The notes below the pieces were generated by a model that did not search any database, was not told the DNA's origin, and saw nothing but the letters and a program-made list of their open reading frames with translations. 64,000 nucleotides of DNA from a bacterium (GTDB taxonomy: Bacteria; Patescibacteriota; Dojkabacteria; JAKAPS01; JAJZLI01): assembly GCA_021785355.1 (NCBI GenBank), contig JAJYFR010000002.1, positions 10,529 to 74,528 of the forward strand, written 5' to 3'. Shown here piece by piece: positions 32,097 to 42,033 of this stretch (its first letter is position 1; every line of letters begins with the position of its first letter). The translations under genes were made by a program, and so were the position numbers.

Positions 32097-33499
32097 TTTT
32101 CACAATAAGTTTTATACTTTTTTTTGTACTTATAACTAGAGTATATGCTCAAGTTCCCCCTACAGATACATCTTCATCATACATATTAACAGATCCTGTT
32201 TTTGGAGAAAGTGGTCCATATACACAATCTTCTCCAAGTTTTCAAGAAAAATCTACTTTAGGACAACTAGTTACTGGAGTATCTCAATCTACAAATTTTA
32301 TACTTAAATCTGGATTTGAATATTATTCAGGACAATCAGTACCTTCTATTACAATGAGTATTAATACTAATTCTATAAATTTTGGAAATCTTCTACCAGG
32401 TACTATTTATAAATCTCCCACAAATACAATTATCACTATCTCTTCTAATTCAGAAATGGGATATAACCTTTATGCTTCAGAAAATAATAATCTTGTGAAT
32501 AATCAAGGATTCCAGATTCCTCCTGTAAATAATGGAGCTACTAGTACTACTGCAGCAGCATATACTTCTACTGCATATACAGGTCTAGGATATAACTGTA
32601 GTACTTCTAACTCATTTGAACAAGCAGTTTTAGCTGACAACCCTATTGCTTTCTGGGCACTTTCAGAAACTACAGGAACTACTGCATATGATCTGTCTGG
32701 GAATGGAAATAATGGGACATATACGGGAGGATATACTCAAGGAGAACAAGGTCCAATTTCAAATTCTAACCTTGATAAATCAACATATTTTAATGGATCT
32801 ACAAGTTATATAAATTTACCTCAAAATTTAACAAATAATGCAAATTTTTCAACACTTACATTCTCTTTATGGTTTAAGACTACATCTGATGGAACATTGC
32901 TTGGTAATCAAAACAGCACAGTAGGTATTACACCAGGTTTTGATAATAGTTTGTTATATATAGGAACTAATGGATATTTATGTGGAGGAATAGATATTCC
33001 TCCAGGATTTTGTAATAGTACCAATATTAATGATGGTAAATGGCATAATGCAGTGTTAACTGTAAATAACTCTTCGGGTCAATCTTTATATCTAGATGGA
33101 CAATTAGTAAATACTGCTGGAGTTCCAAATACATTTAGTACGAATTATACACAAATAGGAGTTGGTTATGATCAAGGTTGGACCTATGCTTCTGCTGGAT
33201 GGTTTTATTTTAAAGGAGAAATTTCTAATGTTGCTGTATATCATACAGCCTTAACACAATCTCAAATTCAGACTATTTTTAATGCTGGAATAGATAATCA
33301 ATCACCTTTCTGTAATAATGATTTTATAAATACAAATTATTACAGACAATTATCTTCTACACCTACTCAATTTGCATCATTCTCTTCTATTGCTAATAAT
33401 CAGAGTATTGCTGTAGGATATGCTGTAAATATTCCCGCAACACAAGCATCTGGTAATTATACAAATACTATTACATATACTTTAGCAGGTAACTATTAA
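32081..33499 (+). CDS. Secreted protein with a LamG/ConA-like domain inserted in a WxL-like domain
   Basis: 'LADNPIAFWALSETTGTTAYDLSGNGNNGTY', 'NDGKWHN', 'FKGEISNVAVY..ALT'; end 'TQASGNYTNTITYTLAGNY'. Confidence 0.8.
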   Translation: MGKKIIFTISFILFFVLITRVYAQVPPTDTSSSYILTDPVFGESGPYTQSSPSFQEKSTLGQLVTGVSQSTNFILKSGFEYYSGQSVPSITMSINTNSINFGNLLPGTIYKSPTNTIITISSNSEMGYNLYASENNNLVNNQGFQIPPVNNGATSTTAAAYTSTAYTGLGYNCSTSNSFEQAVLADNPIAFWALSETTGTTAYDLSGNGNNGTYTGGYTQGEQGPISNSNLDKSTYFNGSTSYINLPQNLTNNANFSTLTFSLWFKTTSDGTLLGNQNSTVGITPGFDNSLLYIGTNGYLCGGIDIPPGFCNSTNINDGKWHNAVLTVNNSSGQSLYLDGQLVNTAGVPNTFSTNYTQIGVGYDQGWTYASAGWFYFKGEISNVAVYHTALTQSQIQTIFNAGIDNQSPFCNNDFINTNYYRQLSSTPTQFASFSSIANNQSIAVGYAVNIPATQASGNYTNTITYTLAGNY

Positions 33500-34371
33500 T
33501 GAAAAAATATTCTATAATCTTTGCAATACTTTTTTTTCTAACTTTTTCTCAAAGTGTATATGCATCTACAAATAAAGAAACATTGAGAGTAACTCCTGCA
33601 TATATATCAATTACAAAAAGTTCTAATACTAATACCTCTGAGAATTTATCTATACTAAATGAATCTTTAATACCTTTAGAAGTATCTCTTTCTCAGGGAA
33701 ATATAGAATATATAAATAAAAAACTCACAATCACTCAGAATAATGCAATAACAAATATAAACAGCTGGATTAAAATCACACAAAAATCTTTCATAATACA
33801 ACCTAAAGCTACAATAAATATACCTGTGGACATAAATATTCCTAAAAATACAAAAAATGGATCATATAACGGAGAAATTACAATATCTAATATAACTAAA
33901 AATCTTTCAGGACAAAGCAGAGTAGAGGGAAGTATTGTAATTAATGTATTTGTAAATATAAGAGGAAAGAATAAAAACTACTCAAATATAAATAGTAAGA
34001 TTTCATACCTTCCTTTATTCATAAATACTCTTCCTTTAAATTTAGATTATACTCTTAATAATCCTGGACCTTACAATAATGCAGCAATAATAAATATAAA
34101 TACACAATCTTTGTTTTATTCAAAAAATACGCCTACTAATGTAATCAACCTTTTAGTAGAACAGACAAGGTATAAAACATTTCAAATTCAAAATATCCCT
34201 TGGGGAATATACAAAATATCTTTTAATACAAATAATATAGGAGAGAAAATAAATAAAGAAAAATCTTTCTATATTATTTATCTACCTTACTATATTTACC
34301 TAATATTAGGAATAATAATTATTATTATAATTTATTTAAAAGTAAGAAAATCTAAAGTTAAATATTTTTGA
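33499..34371 (+). CDS. DUF916/DUF3324-like partner protein with C-terminal TM
   Basis: 'LRVTPA', 'IPKNTKNGSYNGEI', 'WGIYKI', TM plus basic tail. Confidence 0.7.
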   Translation: MKKYSIIFAILFFLTFSQSVYASTNKETLRVTPAYISITKSSNTNTSENLSILNESLIPLEVSLSQGNIEYINKKLTITQNNAITNINSWIKITQKSFIIQPKATINIPVDINIPKNTKNGSYNGEITISNITKNLSGQSRVEGSIVINVFVNIRGKNKNYSNINSKISYLPLFINTLPLNLDYTLNNPGPYNNAAIININTQSLFYSKNTPTNVINLLVEQTRYKTFQIQNIPWGIYKISFNTNNIGEKINKEKSFYIIYLPYYIYLILGIIIIIIIYLKVRKSKVKYF

Positions 34372-34402
34372 TTTATCTAAATAATCAACCTCACAAATAT
34401 AG

Positions 34403-35530
34403 TTAAGATAAAAAAGATAAAAAATTATCTTTATTTATAAGAGTAATAGAACTATCTTTATATGTATCTAAAAATTCAACGTATTTTTTAAATTTATCTG
34501 AAGTATATTTAATTTCAAATCCCTCTAGTCTTCCACTTACATCCTCAATATAATCTATTTCTTTTTTATCATATGTACGCCAGAAATAATTATTTATATT
34601 TCTCTCTCTATTATTATTATATTTAATTCTTTCAGATATAATAAAATTCTCCCATAAAGCGCCTATATCTTGTCTTAAAGATAAGATATTAAAATTTTTA
34701 ATAATTGCATTTCTTATTCCCAAATCATAAAAATAAATTTTTCGTAATTTACCTATTTCTTTTCTTAGGTTTCTACTATAAGGTTTTAATGAAAAAATTA
34801 TAAAAGCCTTTTCTAAAATTTGTATATATCTTGATACAGTATCTTTATCTATATTTAAAAGATTAGCAAGTTCGTTATAAGACACCTCATTTCCTATTTG
34901 TAATGCTAATGCTTGAAGTAATTTAGTTAACACTTCACTATTTCTAATATTTTGAAATTGTAATATATCCTTAAATAAGTAGCTAGAAGCTATTTCTTCT
35001 ATTTTTATTTGTGCATCTAGATTTGATCCAGAAATAATATCTGGATACATACCAAATCTAAGCATATCTTCTAAAAGACGATTTATTTCAATTTTAGTTT
35101 TTTTTTCTAATATTTCTGATATAGACAAAGGATATAGATGAAATTCAAATTTTCTTCCTGTTAATGGCTCACTAATACTATTAGATAGTTCAAAAGAAGA
35201 AGATCCTGTCGCTATAACTTGTACTAAAGGAAAATTGTCAATTATAAGTTTAAGAGTTAATCCAATGTTATTTATTCTTTGTGCCTCATCTATTATTAAA
35301 AAAGTATTATTCCCTATTATTTTTTTTATTTCAGTAGAGGTTTTATTTTCAAAAGAATATCTTATATCTGGCTCATCTGCATTTAGGTATAAAGAATTTT
35401 TTATATATTTCTCTTGTATTTTCTTTACTAGAGTTGTTTTACCTACCTGTCTTGCTCCATATATTATGATAGCTTTTCCTTTAAATAATTTTTTTTCTAT
35501 ATTATCTTGTATTAATCTTTTATATTCCAT
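34403..35530 (-). CDS. AAA_14 ATPase with DUF4143 domain
   Basis: 'GARQVGKT', 'IIDEAQ', 'TGSS', 'LTGR', 'KIYFYDLG', 'GALWEN', 'EIDY...FEIK'. Confidence 0.9.
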   Translation of the reverse strand: MEYKRLIQDNIEKKLFKGKAIIIYGARQVGKTTLVKKIQEKYIKNSLYLNADEPDIRYSFENKTSTEIKKIIGNNTFLIIDEAQRINNIGLTLKLIIDNFPLVQVIATGSSSFELSNSISEPLTGRKFEFHLYPLSISEILEKKTKIEINRLLEDMLRFGMYPDIISGSNLDAQIKIEEIASSYLFKDILQFQNIRNSEVLTKLLQALALQIGNEVSYNELANLLNIDKDTVSRYIQILEKAFIIFSLKPYSRNLRKEIGKLRKIYFYDLGIRNAIIKNFNILSLRQDIGALWENFIISERIKYNNNRERNINNYFWRTYDKKEIDYIEDVSGRLEGFEIKYTSDKFKKYVEFLDTYKDSSITLINKDNFLSFLS

Positions 35531-35535
35531 TGCTT

Positions 35536-35586
35536 AATTAGGTGTATATATACGCCTAATTTACACCTAATTGGGGGTATTGTCAA
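35536..35586 (-). promoter_or_regulatory. Three 11-bp half-sites (AATTAGGTGTA / TACGCCTAATT / TACACCTAATT) overlapping a TTGACA promoter; putative operator
   Basis: Half-sites at 35536-35546, 35551-35561 and 35562-35572; tgtcaa at 35581-35586. Confidence 0.6.
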
Positions 35587-35591
35587 GTAAA

Positions 35592-36467
35592 TTAAAAGTG
35601 AGAAAGTCTAAAATTAAATATTCCTACTTTATCTAGATAATCAATTTTACATTTAGGACATCTTGTTTTTGAAAGATCACTTTTACATTTAGGACAAATC
35701 AGAATATCTTCAATATCTTTTAGAATAAATTTCTCTCTACTCTTTTTTTCTAATTTCAGAAAAATACTAGGCCCAAAAGAAATAATTTTAAAAATACTTT
35801 GAAATAAATTATCCAAAAATATTAGAAATTTTAGAGGAAAAATATTTTTGAGTATTTTTTGTCTAAAATTAGAAACTGAGTATTCTTCTTTAATTTCAAA
35901 ATAAGGATTTATTATTTTTTTTATAAATTTAGGAGAAAAATTAAGAAAAACCTGATCTTCTATAAATCCTTGAGAGTCTTTTTTATGTTGAATTTTAATT
36001 GTATTAAGTCTTCTGTATTTAGAAGAAAATTTAGATCTTATGAGTGCTAAAAAGTTATTTTTATTTGCAAATTCTAGATAAAAATCAGATGAGATAACTC
36101 TTGAGAGCTCTTTTATTGCAAGCTCAGGAGATTCTATATGATGCATTACTCTCACACACATTCCACCTTCTATAGAATTATCTTTAAAAGGAAGATTATA
36201 TATATCACCACAAACTCTAAATACATTACTCCCTACTTTTGCTCTTTTAAGATTCTTATATGAATAATCAAAAAGAATAGAATATTTAAATTTATCCTGA
36301 TATATAGGAGTAAGCCTTCCATAAGCACCTCCTACATCTATAAAATTTTTTCCTTCTTTTATTATTTTTTTAAGAATATTTACTTCTGATAAATTTTCAT
36401 ATTCTCTATCTCTCCAATATTCCCTGTAATCGTAATTTACAGAATCGTAATCTTGAATTTTAGTCAT
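35592..36467 (-). CDS. Class I SAM-dependent methyltransferase with C-terminal Zn ribbon (Trm112-like)
   Basis: 'IDVGGAYGR', 'GDIYNLPF', 'VMHHI'; 'CPKCK...CPKC'. Confidence 0.85.
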   Translation of the reverse strand: MTKIQDYDSVNYDYREYWRDREYENLSEVNILKKIIKEGKNFIDVGGAYGRLTPIYQDKFKYSILFDYSYKNLKRAKVGSNVFRVCGDIYNLPFKDNSIEGGMCVRVMHHIESPELAIKELSRVISSDFYLEFANKNNFLALIRSKFSSKYRRLNTIKIQHKKDSQGFIEDQVFLNFSPKFIKKIINPYFEIKEEYSVSNFRQKILKNIFPLKFLIFLDNLFQSIFKIISFGPSIFLKLEKKSREKFILKDIEDILICPKCKSDLSKTRCPKCKIDYLDKVGIFNFRLSHF

Positions 36468-36469
36468 AT

Positions 36470-36835
36470 TTATTTTTCTATAATTTTTTGTAGAATTTCA
36501 AATGATAGTCTAGCACATTTTTCTCTTGAAAAAGAAATGTCCATCAACATTTTTTCTTTTATTAGAGAAAAATCTATTTTTTTTATATCATTAATACTTT
36601 TTCCTTTTACTTCCTGTGTTAGAATCGATGCCGCAACCTTAGATATTATACAACCATTTGACACAAAAGAAATATCTTCTATGATATCTCCTTTATATTT
36701 TACATATATTTTTATACTATCTCCACATAAAGGGTTCTCTCCTTCTTCTAATATATCAAAATCCTTCATATCTCCATAATTTTTAGGATTATTATATATA
36801 TCTATTATATAGCTTCTAGTAAGGTAACTGTCCAT
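36470..36835 (-). CDS. sufU: SufU/IscU-type Fe-S scaffold or sulfur-transfer protein
   Basis: 'NPLCGD', 'GCIISKVAAS', 'REKCA'. Confidence 0.9.
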   Translation of the reverse strand: MDSYLTRSYIIDIYNNPKNYGDMKDFDILEEGENPLCGDSIKIYVKYKGDIIEDISFVSNGCIISKVAASILTQEVKGKSINDIKKIDFSLIKEKMLMDISFSREKCARLSFEILQKIIEK

Positions 36836-36840
36836 AATAA

Positions 36841-38034
36841 TTAAAATAAATCTGATATCTTAGAAAGAGAGAGAGATACTTTATCTATATCTTCTTGTGT
36901 ATTATAAAAATATAAACTAATACGTGATAGTGCATATACACTAAGTTCTTTCATTAAAGGTTGAGCACAATGATGTCCTGCTCTAATTGCAATATTTTCT
37001 TCATCCAAGAATGTTGCTATATCATGAGGATGAATATTTTTTATTGAAAAAGAATATATTCCGAAATCATTTTTTGCTCCATATATTTTAATTCCATTAA
37101 TTTTTACAAGATTTTCATAAAGATAGAAAGAAAGCTCTTTTATATACAAGGAGATTTTATTCATTCCTACTTTATTTATATAATCTATAGATTTTCCAAA
37201 AACAATTGTATCTGCAAAATTAACAGTACCTGCTTCAAATTTGAAAGGCGCATTTTTATATACACTCTTATTTTTATCTACAGATATTATCATTTCTCCA
37301 CCTCCAAGTAATGGAGGCATTTTATCTAAAAGCTCTTCTTTTCCATATAATATTCCAACACCTGTAGGACCTAGCATTTTATGCGCAGAAAAAGTTAAAA
37401 AATCACAATCTAATGATTTTACATCAATTTGTATATGAGGTGCAGCTTGTGCAGCATCAACTATAACAAATGCATTTATTTTTCTTGCTTTTTTTACTAT
37501 ATCTTTAATATCATTTCTAGTACCTAGTACATTTGATATATATGTAAGAGAAATTATTTTAGGTTTTATTTCTAATAGAGAATCTACATTTTCTAAAGAG
37601 AAGTTTTCTTTATTTATATCTATATATTTTATACTAAATCCAATTTCTTTCTGTAGTATTTGCCATGGAACTATATTTGAATGATGCTCCATCAAAGATA
37701 AAAGTACTGTATCAGTTTTTTTTAATATTGATTTTGCAAAAGTATACACAACTAAATTTAAACTCTCTGTTGTATTACGAGTAAATACTATTTCATTACT
37801 CTTAGCATTTATAAATTTAGCACTCTTCTCTCTAACTCCCTCATACATAGAAGTTGCCTCTTCTGAGAGTCTATATATACCTCTATATACATTTGCATTA
37901 AAATTTTCATAAAAACGAGAAAATTCATCAATAACTATCTGAGGTTTTTGTGTTGTTGCTGCATTATCTAGATAAACTAGGTTCTTTCCATAAAATTTTG
38001 TATTTTTAAATATTGGAAAATCTTTCTTATTCAT
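36841..38034 (-). CDS. sufS: Cysteine desulfurase SufS (group II)
   Basis: 'YLDNAATTQKP', 'SAHKMLGPTG', 'RAGHHCAQP'. Confidence 0.95.
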   Translation of the reverse strand: MNKKDFPIFKNTKFYGKNLVYLDNAATTQKPQIVIDEFSRFYENFNANVYRGIYRLSEEATSMYEGVREKSAKFINAKSNEIVFTRNTTESLNLVVYTFAKSILKKTDTVLLSLMEHHSNIVPWQILQKEIGFSIKYIDINKENFSLENVDSLLEIKPKIISLTYISNVLGTRNDIKDIVKKARKINAFVIVDAAQAAPHIQIDVKSLDCDFLTFSAHKMLGPTGVGILYGKEELLDKMPPLLGGGEMIISVDKNKSVYKNAPFKFEAGTVNFADTIVFGKSIDYINKVGMNKISLYIKELSFYLYENLVKINGIKIYGAKNDFGIYSFSIKNIHPHDIATFLDEENIAIRAGHHCAQPLMKELSVYALSRISLYFYNTQEDIDKVSLSLSKISDLF

Positions 38035-38771
38035 AAATTTTTTATAATTTTCTTATACCCTAAACTCTCTATTTTTTCTATTAAAATACGACCTCCTGAT
38101 TTTACTATTTTACCATCATTCATTATATGAACTTTTGAAATATTTATCTTATCTAGCATTTTTTTCTGATGAGTAATTATTAGAAATGTTATGCCTTCTT
38201 TATTAAGAGTATTAATACTTTCTGTAATAAATTTTATTCCATCTACATCTAGACCTGAATCTATTTCATCTAATATAGCAAATTTAGGTTTTAGAATTGC
38301 AATTTGAAGTATTTCCATTCTTTTTTTCTCCCCACCAGATAATCCTTCATTAAGATTACGAGAAAGAAAAGTGTCATCAATTCCTAATCTCTTAGATTCT
38401 TTTTTTAGTCTTAATATAAATTCAAAAATTTCAATATTTTCTTTATATATAGATTTATATGCAGTATATAGAAAAGTTCCAAAATTAACTCCAGGAACTT
38501 CTACTGGATTTTGAAAAGCTAAAAACATACCTTTTCTTGCCCTAAGATATGGTTTCATATTATTAATATTTTCTTCAAAAAAATATATATCTCCATCAAT
38601 TATTTTATATTCAAATGAACCCATAAGAATTTCTGCTAAGGTAGATTTCCCTGAACCATTAGCACCCATAATTACTTGAATATCTTTCTCTTTTAAAGAT
38701 AAATTAATGCCTTTTAAAATTTCTTTTTCTCTTGCATTTACCTTTAAATCTTGTATTCTTAATATATTCAT
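38031..38771 (-). CDS. sufC: Fe-S assembly ATPase SufC
   Basis: 'GANGSGKST', 'FQNPVEVPGV', 'LSGGEKKRMEI', 'LDEIDSGLDVD'. Confidence 0.95.
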   Translation of the reverse strand: MNILRIQDLKVNAREKEILKGINLSLKEKDIQVIMGANGSGKSTLAEILMGSFEYKIIDGDIYFFEENINNMKPYLRARKGMFLAFQNPVEVPGVNFGTFLYTAYKSIYKENIEIFEFILRLKKESKRLGIDDTFLSRNLNEGLSGGEKKRMEILQIAILKPKFAILDEIDSGLDVDGIKFITESINTLNKEGITFLIITHQKKMLDKINISKVHIMNDGKIVKSGGRILIEKIESLGYKKIIKNL

Positions 38772-39151
38772 ATGAAATCTATAATTTTAATATCACTAAA
38801 TTTTGAACGTATCTCTTCATTTAACTTATTAAAGACTTCCTTAGAACTACATTGATCCTTCACTGAACAATCATCTTTAATACACTCAGTTAATAAAATT
38901 TCATTTCCTAAAGCTTTCATAACATCATAAACACTGAGCTCTGATGGATCAACATTAATCATATATCCTCCATTACTACCTTCTTTAGTTTTTACAATAT
39001 TTTTATTAAGTAATATATTTAGAATCTTTCTTGTAAAAGGTATAGGTAAAAGAAGTTTCTTACAGATATCACTTACTGACACAAAGCTTTCTTGTTTTGC
39101 AAGAAAACTAATTATTAAAATTGAATAATCTTCTAGTTTTGTTAATTTCAT
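38768..39151 (-). CDS. Rrf2-family (IscR-like) regulator with three Cys
   Basis: 'MKLTKLEDY', 'GSNGGY', 'ECIKDDCSVKDQC'. Confidence 0.85.
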   Translation of the reverse strand: MKLTKLEDYSILIISFLAKQESFVSVSDICKKLLLPIPFTRKILNILLNKNIVKTKEGSNGGYMINVDPSELSVYDVMKALGNEILLTECIKDDCSVKDQCSSKEVFNKLNEEIRSKFSDIKIIDFI

Positions 39152-39153
39152 AT

Positions 39154-39212
39154 AAATGTGACTATTTTAGTAAAGTATAAGTATATTATATATAGACTTA
39201 CTTAGTCAAATT
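39154..39212. promoter_or_regulatory. Two IscR/Rrf2-type operator-like palindromes (GACTATTTTAGT, GACTTACTTAGTC) with an internal promoter
   Basis: Resemble the IscR type-1 core GACT-N5-AGTC; minus-strand TTGACT (39204-39209) and TATACT (39180-39185). Confidence 0.55.
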
Positions 39213-39517
39213 CTTATATATAATAAATTTTCTTTTTTTATAATTTTATATATATTAATACTATTAAATGCAGGAAGAGATAGTGCTTTACCTGTCAAAA
39301 GATCAAATTTTGCTCCATGATGAATACATGTAACTACCTTTTTCTCTTCATCAATCAATCCATCATCTAAAGGATATTTTTCATGAGAACAACAATTATC
39401 TATTGCTAATATTGAATTCTTCAAGAAATATACAAATATATCCCTTCCTTCTAAATTAAATGTATAACCTTTATGTTTTTCAAAATTTTTAATATCTCCT
39501 AATAAAATTTCTTTCAT
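39206..39517 (-). CDS. Rieske-type ferredoxin
   Basis: 'CSH...CIHHGAKFDL.TG'. Confidence 0.88.
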   Translation of the reverse strand: MKEILLGDIKNFEKHKGYTFNLEGRDIFVYFLKNSILAIDNCCSHEKYPLDDGLIDEEKKVVTCIHHGAKFDLLTGKALSLPAFNSINIYKIIKKENLLYIRI

Positions 39518-40134
39518 ATATTTTTTATAACTTCATTTATAACTTTTTCTCTAAATTTTTGATCTTCTATATCTTTGAGTTTAGCTATTAAGAATCCTGA
39601 AGATATACTATTTATAGAATCTTTTTTATTAATACCCCTACTCTCAAGATAAAATAATTCATCTTCTCTTATTCCTGAGATTGAAGATGCATGAGATGCT
39701 TTGACATTATTAGGTATTATTTCTAAAGATGGAATGACTTTTGATACAATTCGATCTCCCAAAAGAAGTGTTTTTTCATTAAAATATGCATTTGAACCTG
39801 TGGCGAATTTGTCTATTTTCACAAGACCCTTTATAAAAGATAAACTCCCATCTCTCATAACTCTTCTTATATATGTCTTTGATATTGTATTAGGATATAT
39901 ATGTTCTATTTTAAGATTAATATTTATATCTTGTCCTAGAATACCATTCTCTATAACATATAGATGTAATTTACAAAATTCTTTCTTAAGATTAAAATTC
40001 ATATCAATATTTTTTTTCTGAGGAGTATCTATTATAAGAACAAATACTAAAACTTCATTTTGTTTTAAGGATATATCTTCTTTTATATCCAGAGCATTAT
40101 ATTCCGATATTCTTTTAAAAATAAATCTATTCAT
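39514..40134 (-). CDS. sufD: SufD-like protein (short)
   Basis: 'PSLEI...VKASHASS...LFYLESRGI'. Confidence 0.82.
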   Translation of the reverse strand: MNRFIFKRISEYNALDIKEDISLKQNEVLVFVLIIDTPQKKNIDMNFNLKKEFCKLHLYVIENGILGQDININLKIEHIYPNTISKTYIRRVMRDGSLSFIKGLVKIDKFATGSNAYFNEKTLLLGDRIVSKVIPSLEIIPNNVKASHASSISGIREDELFYLESRGINKKDSINSISSGFLIAKLKDIEDQKFREKVINEVIKNI

Positions 40135-41522
40135 CCCACAGAGCCTTCCATTTCTAATTTAATTAATCTGTTTAATTCTACTGCATATTCCATAGGTAGT
40201 TCTTTTGCGATTGGCTCTAAAAAACCACTAACTATCATAGAAGATGCCTCATCCTCATTAAGACCTCGAGACTCAAGATAAAAAAGCTGATCCTCTCCAA
40301 CTTTGCTTACTGTAGCCTCATGTTGTAGCATAGGCATTTTAACATGATCAACATTTATAGTAGGATATGTGTCTGTACGAGAATACTCATCCATAAGTAG
40401 AGCATCACATTTAACATCAGATTTTATATTTTCTACTCCGTCTTTAGCATCTATTAAACCTCTGTATGTAGTTCGTCCTCCATCTCTAGATATTGATTTT
40501 GATACTACCTTAGAAGAAGTATTTGAAGACGCATGTATTATTTTAGATCCTGCATCTATATGTTGTCCTTGTGATGCTGATGCCATTGATAAAATTTCTC
40601 CATGAGCCCCTTCTTCCATTAGATAAACTGAAGGGTATTTCATAGTAACTCGAGATCCAAAATTTCCATCAACCCAATACATTTTTGCATCTTTATAAGC
40701 TATAGCTCTTTTTGTAACAAGGTTATATACATTTTTAGACCAATTCTGAATTGTAGTATATCTAACATTACTACCTTTTTTACATATAATTTCAACAACA
40801 GCTGAATGAAGAGAATTCTCATCATATATAGAAGCCGTGCAACCCTCCAGGTAGTGAACTGAAGATCCTTCATCCGCAATAATAAGAGTTCTCTCAAATT
40901 GTCCCATTGCTTTTGCATTGATTCTAAAATATGCCTGAAGAGGAATATCCAATTTAACTCCTTTGGGAATATATACAAAACTCCCACCTGACCATACTGC
41001 ACTATTCAAAGCTGCAAATTTATTGTCATAAGGAGAAATTACAGTTGCAAAATATTCTTTTAATAAGTCTGGAAATTCTTTTAGAGCTGTGTCTGTATCT
41101 GTAAATATAACACCTTTATCTGAAATTTCTTTCATAAGATTATGATAGACTACTTCACTTTCAAACTGAGCTTCTACTCCAGCCAAAAACTTACGTTCAG
41201 CCTCAGGAATCCCTAATTTTTCAAAAGTATCTTTTATATCCTGAGGTACATCATCCCAACTCTTAGAATTATTTTGAGAAGAACGTATAAAATAGAAAAA
41301 ATCATTAAAATCTATATCCGAAAGATCTGCTCCCCATGAAGGCATAGGTTTTGATATAAATATATCGTAAGCTCTAAGCCTAAACTCTCTCATCCATAAA
41401 GGTTCATTTTTCATAAAAGAAATTTCTTCTACTATTTTTCTAGATAACCCTTTTTTAGATTTAAAAACATAATTAGAAGGTGTAGAGAATCCAAATTCGT
41501 ATTGTTTTTCAGTCTGTTTCAT
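40131..41522 (-). CDS. sufB: Fe-S assembly protein SufB
   Basis: 'GQFERTLII', 'EGCTA', 'LHSAVVE', 'LPMEYAVE'; probable start ATG 41522. Confidence 0.96.
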   Translation of the reverse strand: MKQTEKQYEFGFSTPSNYVFKSKKGLSRKIVEEISFMKNEPLWMREFRLRAYDIFISKPMPSWGADLSDIDFNDFFYFIRSSQNNSKSWDDVPQDIKDTFEKLGIPEAERKFLAGVEAQFESEVVYHNLMKEISDKGVIFTDTDTALKEFPDLLKEYFATVISPYDNKFAALNSAVWSGGSFVYIPKGVKLDIPLQAYFRINAKAMGQFERTLIIADEGSSVHYLEGCTASIYDENSLHSAVVEIICKKGSNVRYTTIQNWSKNVYNLVTKRAIAYKDAKMYWVDGNFGSRVTMKYPSVYLMEEGAHGEILSMASASQGQHIDAGSKIIHASSNTSSKVVSKSISRDGGRTTYRGLIDAKDGVENIKSDVKCDALLMDEYSRTDTYPTINVDHVKMPMLQHEATVSKVGEDQLFYLESRGLNEDEASSMIVSGFLEPIAKELPMEYAVELNRLIKLEMEGSVG

Positions 41523-41527
41523 ATTAT

Positions 41528-41764
41528 TTATGGCCAAATTTGTTTACCTGTCTCATCTTTAAGAATTATTGCAGAAACTGGACAACTCTTAGACGCCTCT
41601 AGAACAGTTTCATAATCATCAATTTCTTGACCTACCATATATGCTTTACTCTCTTGATCCATATCAAAAGTATCAGGGGCAATAGCAACACAACTTGATG
41701 CGCCAATACATAAATCTCTATCTATTTCTACAAAAATTTTTTTCCCTTCTTTTGTTATATACAT
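41528..41764 (-). CDS. Single-cluster ferredoxin (probably 3Fe-4S)
   Basis: 'CIGASSC...CPVSAI' (CxxAxxC...CP). Confidence 0.88.
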   Translation of the reverse strand: MYITKEGKKIFVEIDRDLCIGASSCVAIAPDTFDMDQESKAYMVGQEIDDYETVLEASKSCPVSAIILKDETGKQIWP

Positions 41765-41770
41765 ATATTT

Positions 41771-41992
41771 TTATTCTACAGATTCTACAGATTTTATTTC
41801 AGGAAATTCATCTTTTATAATGCTCTCTATTCCGTCCTTTAGTGTAATTGAAGAGAGAGAGCATCCAACACAAGCTCCCATCATTTTTACTTTAACTATA
41901 TTTTTTTTTACTTCCAAAAGCTCTACATCTCCTCCATGTTGGAGAATAAATGGCCTTATTTCATTCAATAAATTTGATATCTTACTTTTCAT
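41771..41992 (-). CDS. NifU C-terminal (Nfu) Fe-S carrier
   Basis: 'IRPFILQHGGDVEL...GACVGC'. Confidence 0.9.
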   Translation of the reverse strand: MKSKISNLLNEIRPFILQHGGDVELLEVKKNIVKVKMMGACVGCSLSSITLKDGIESIIKDEFPEIKSVESVE

Positions 41993-42033
41993 AAGGTATA
42001 TATTACCATAAAAGTATTAGTTTGAAAAATTTT

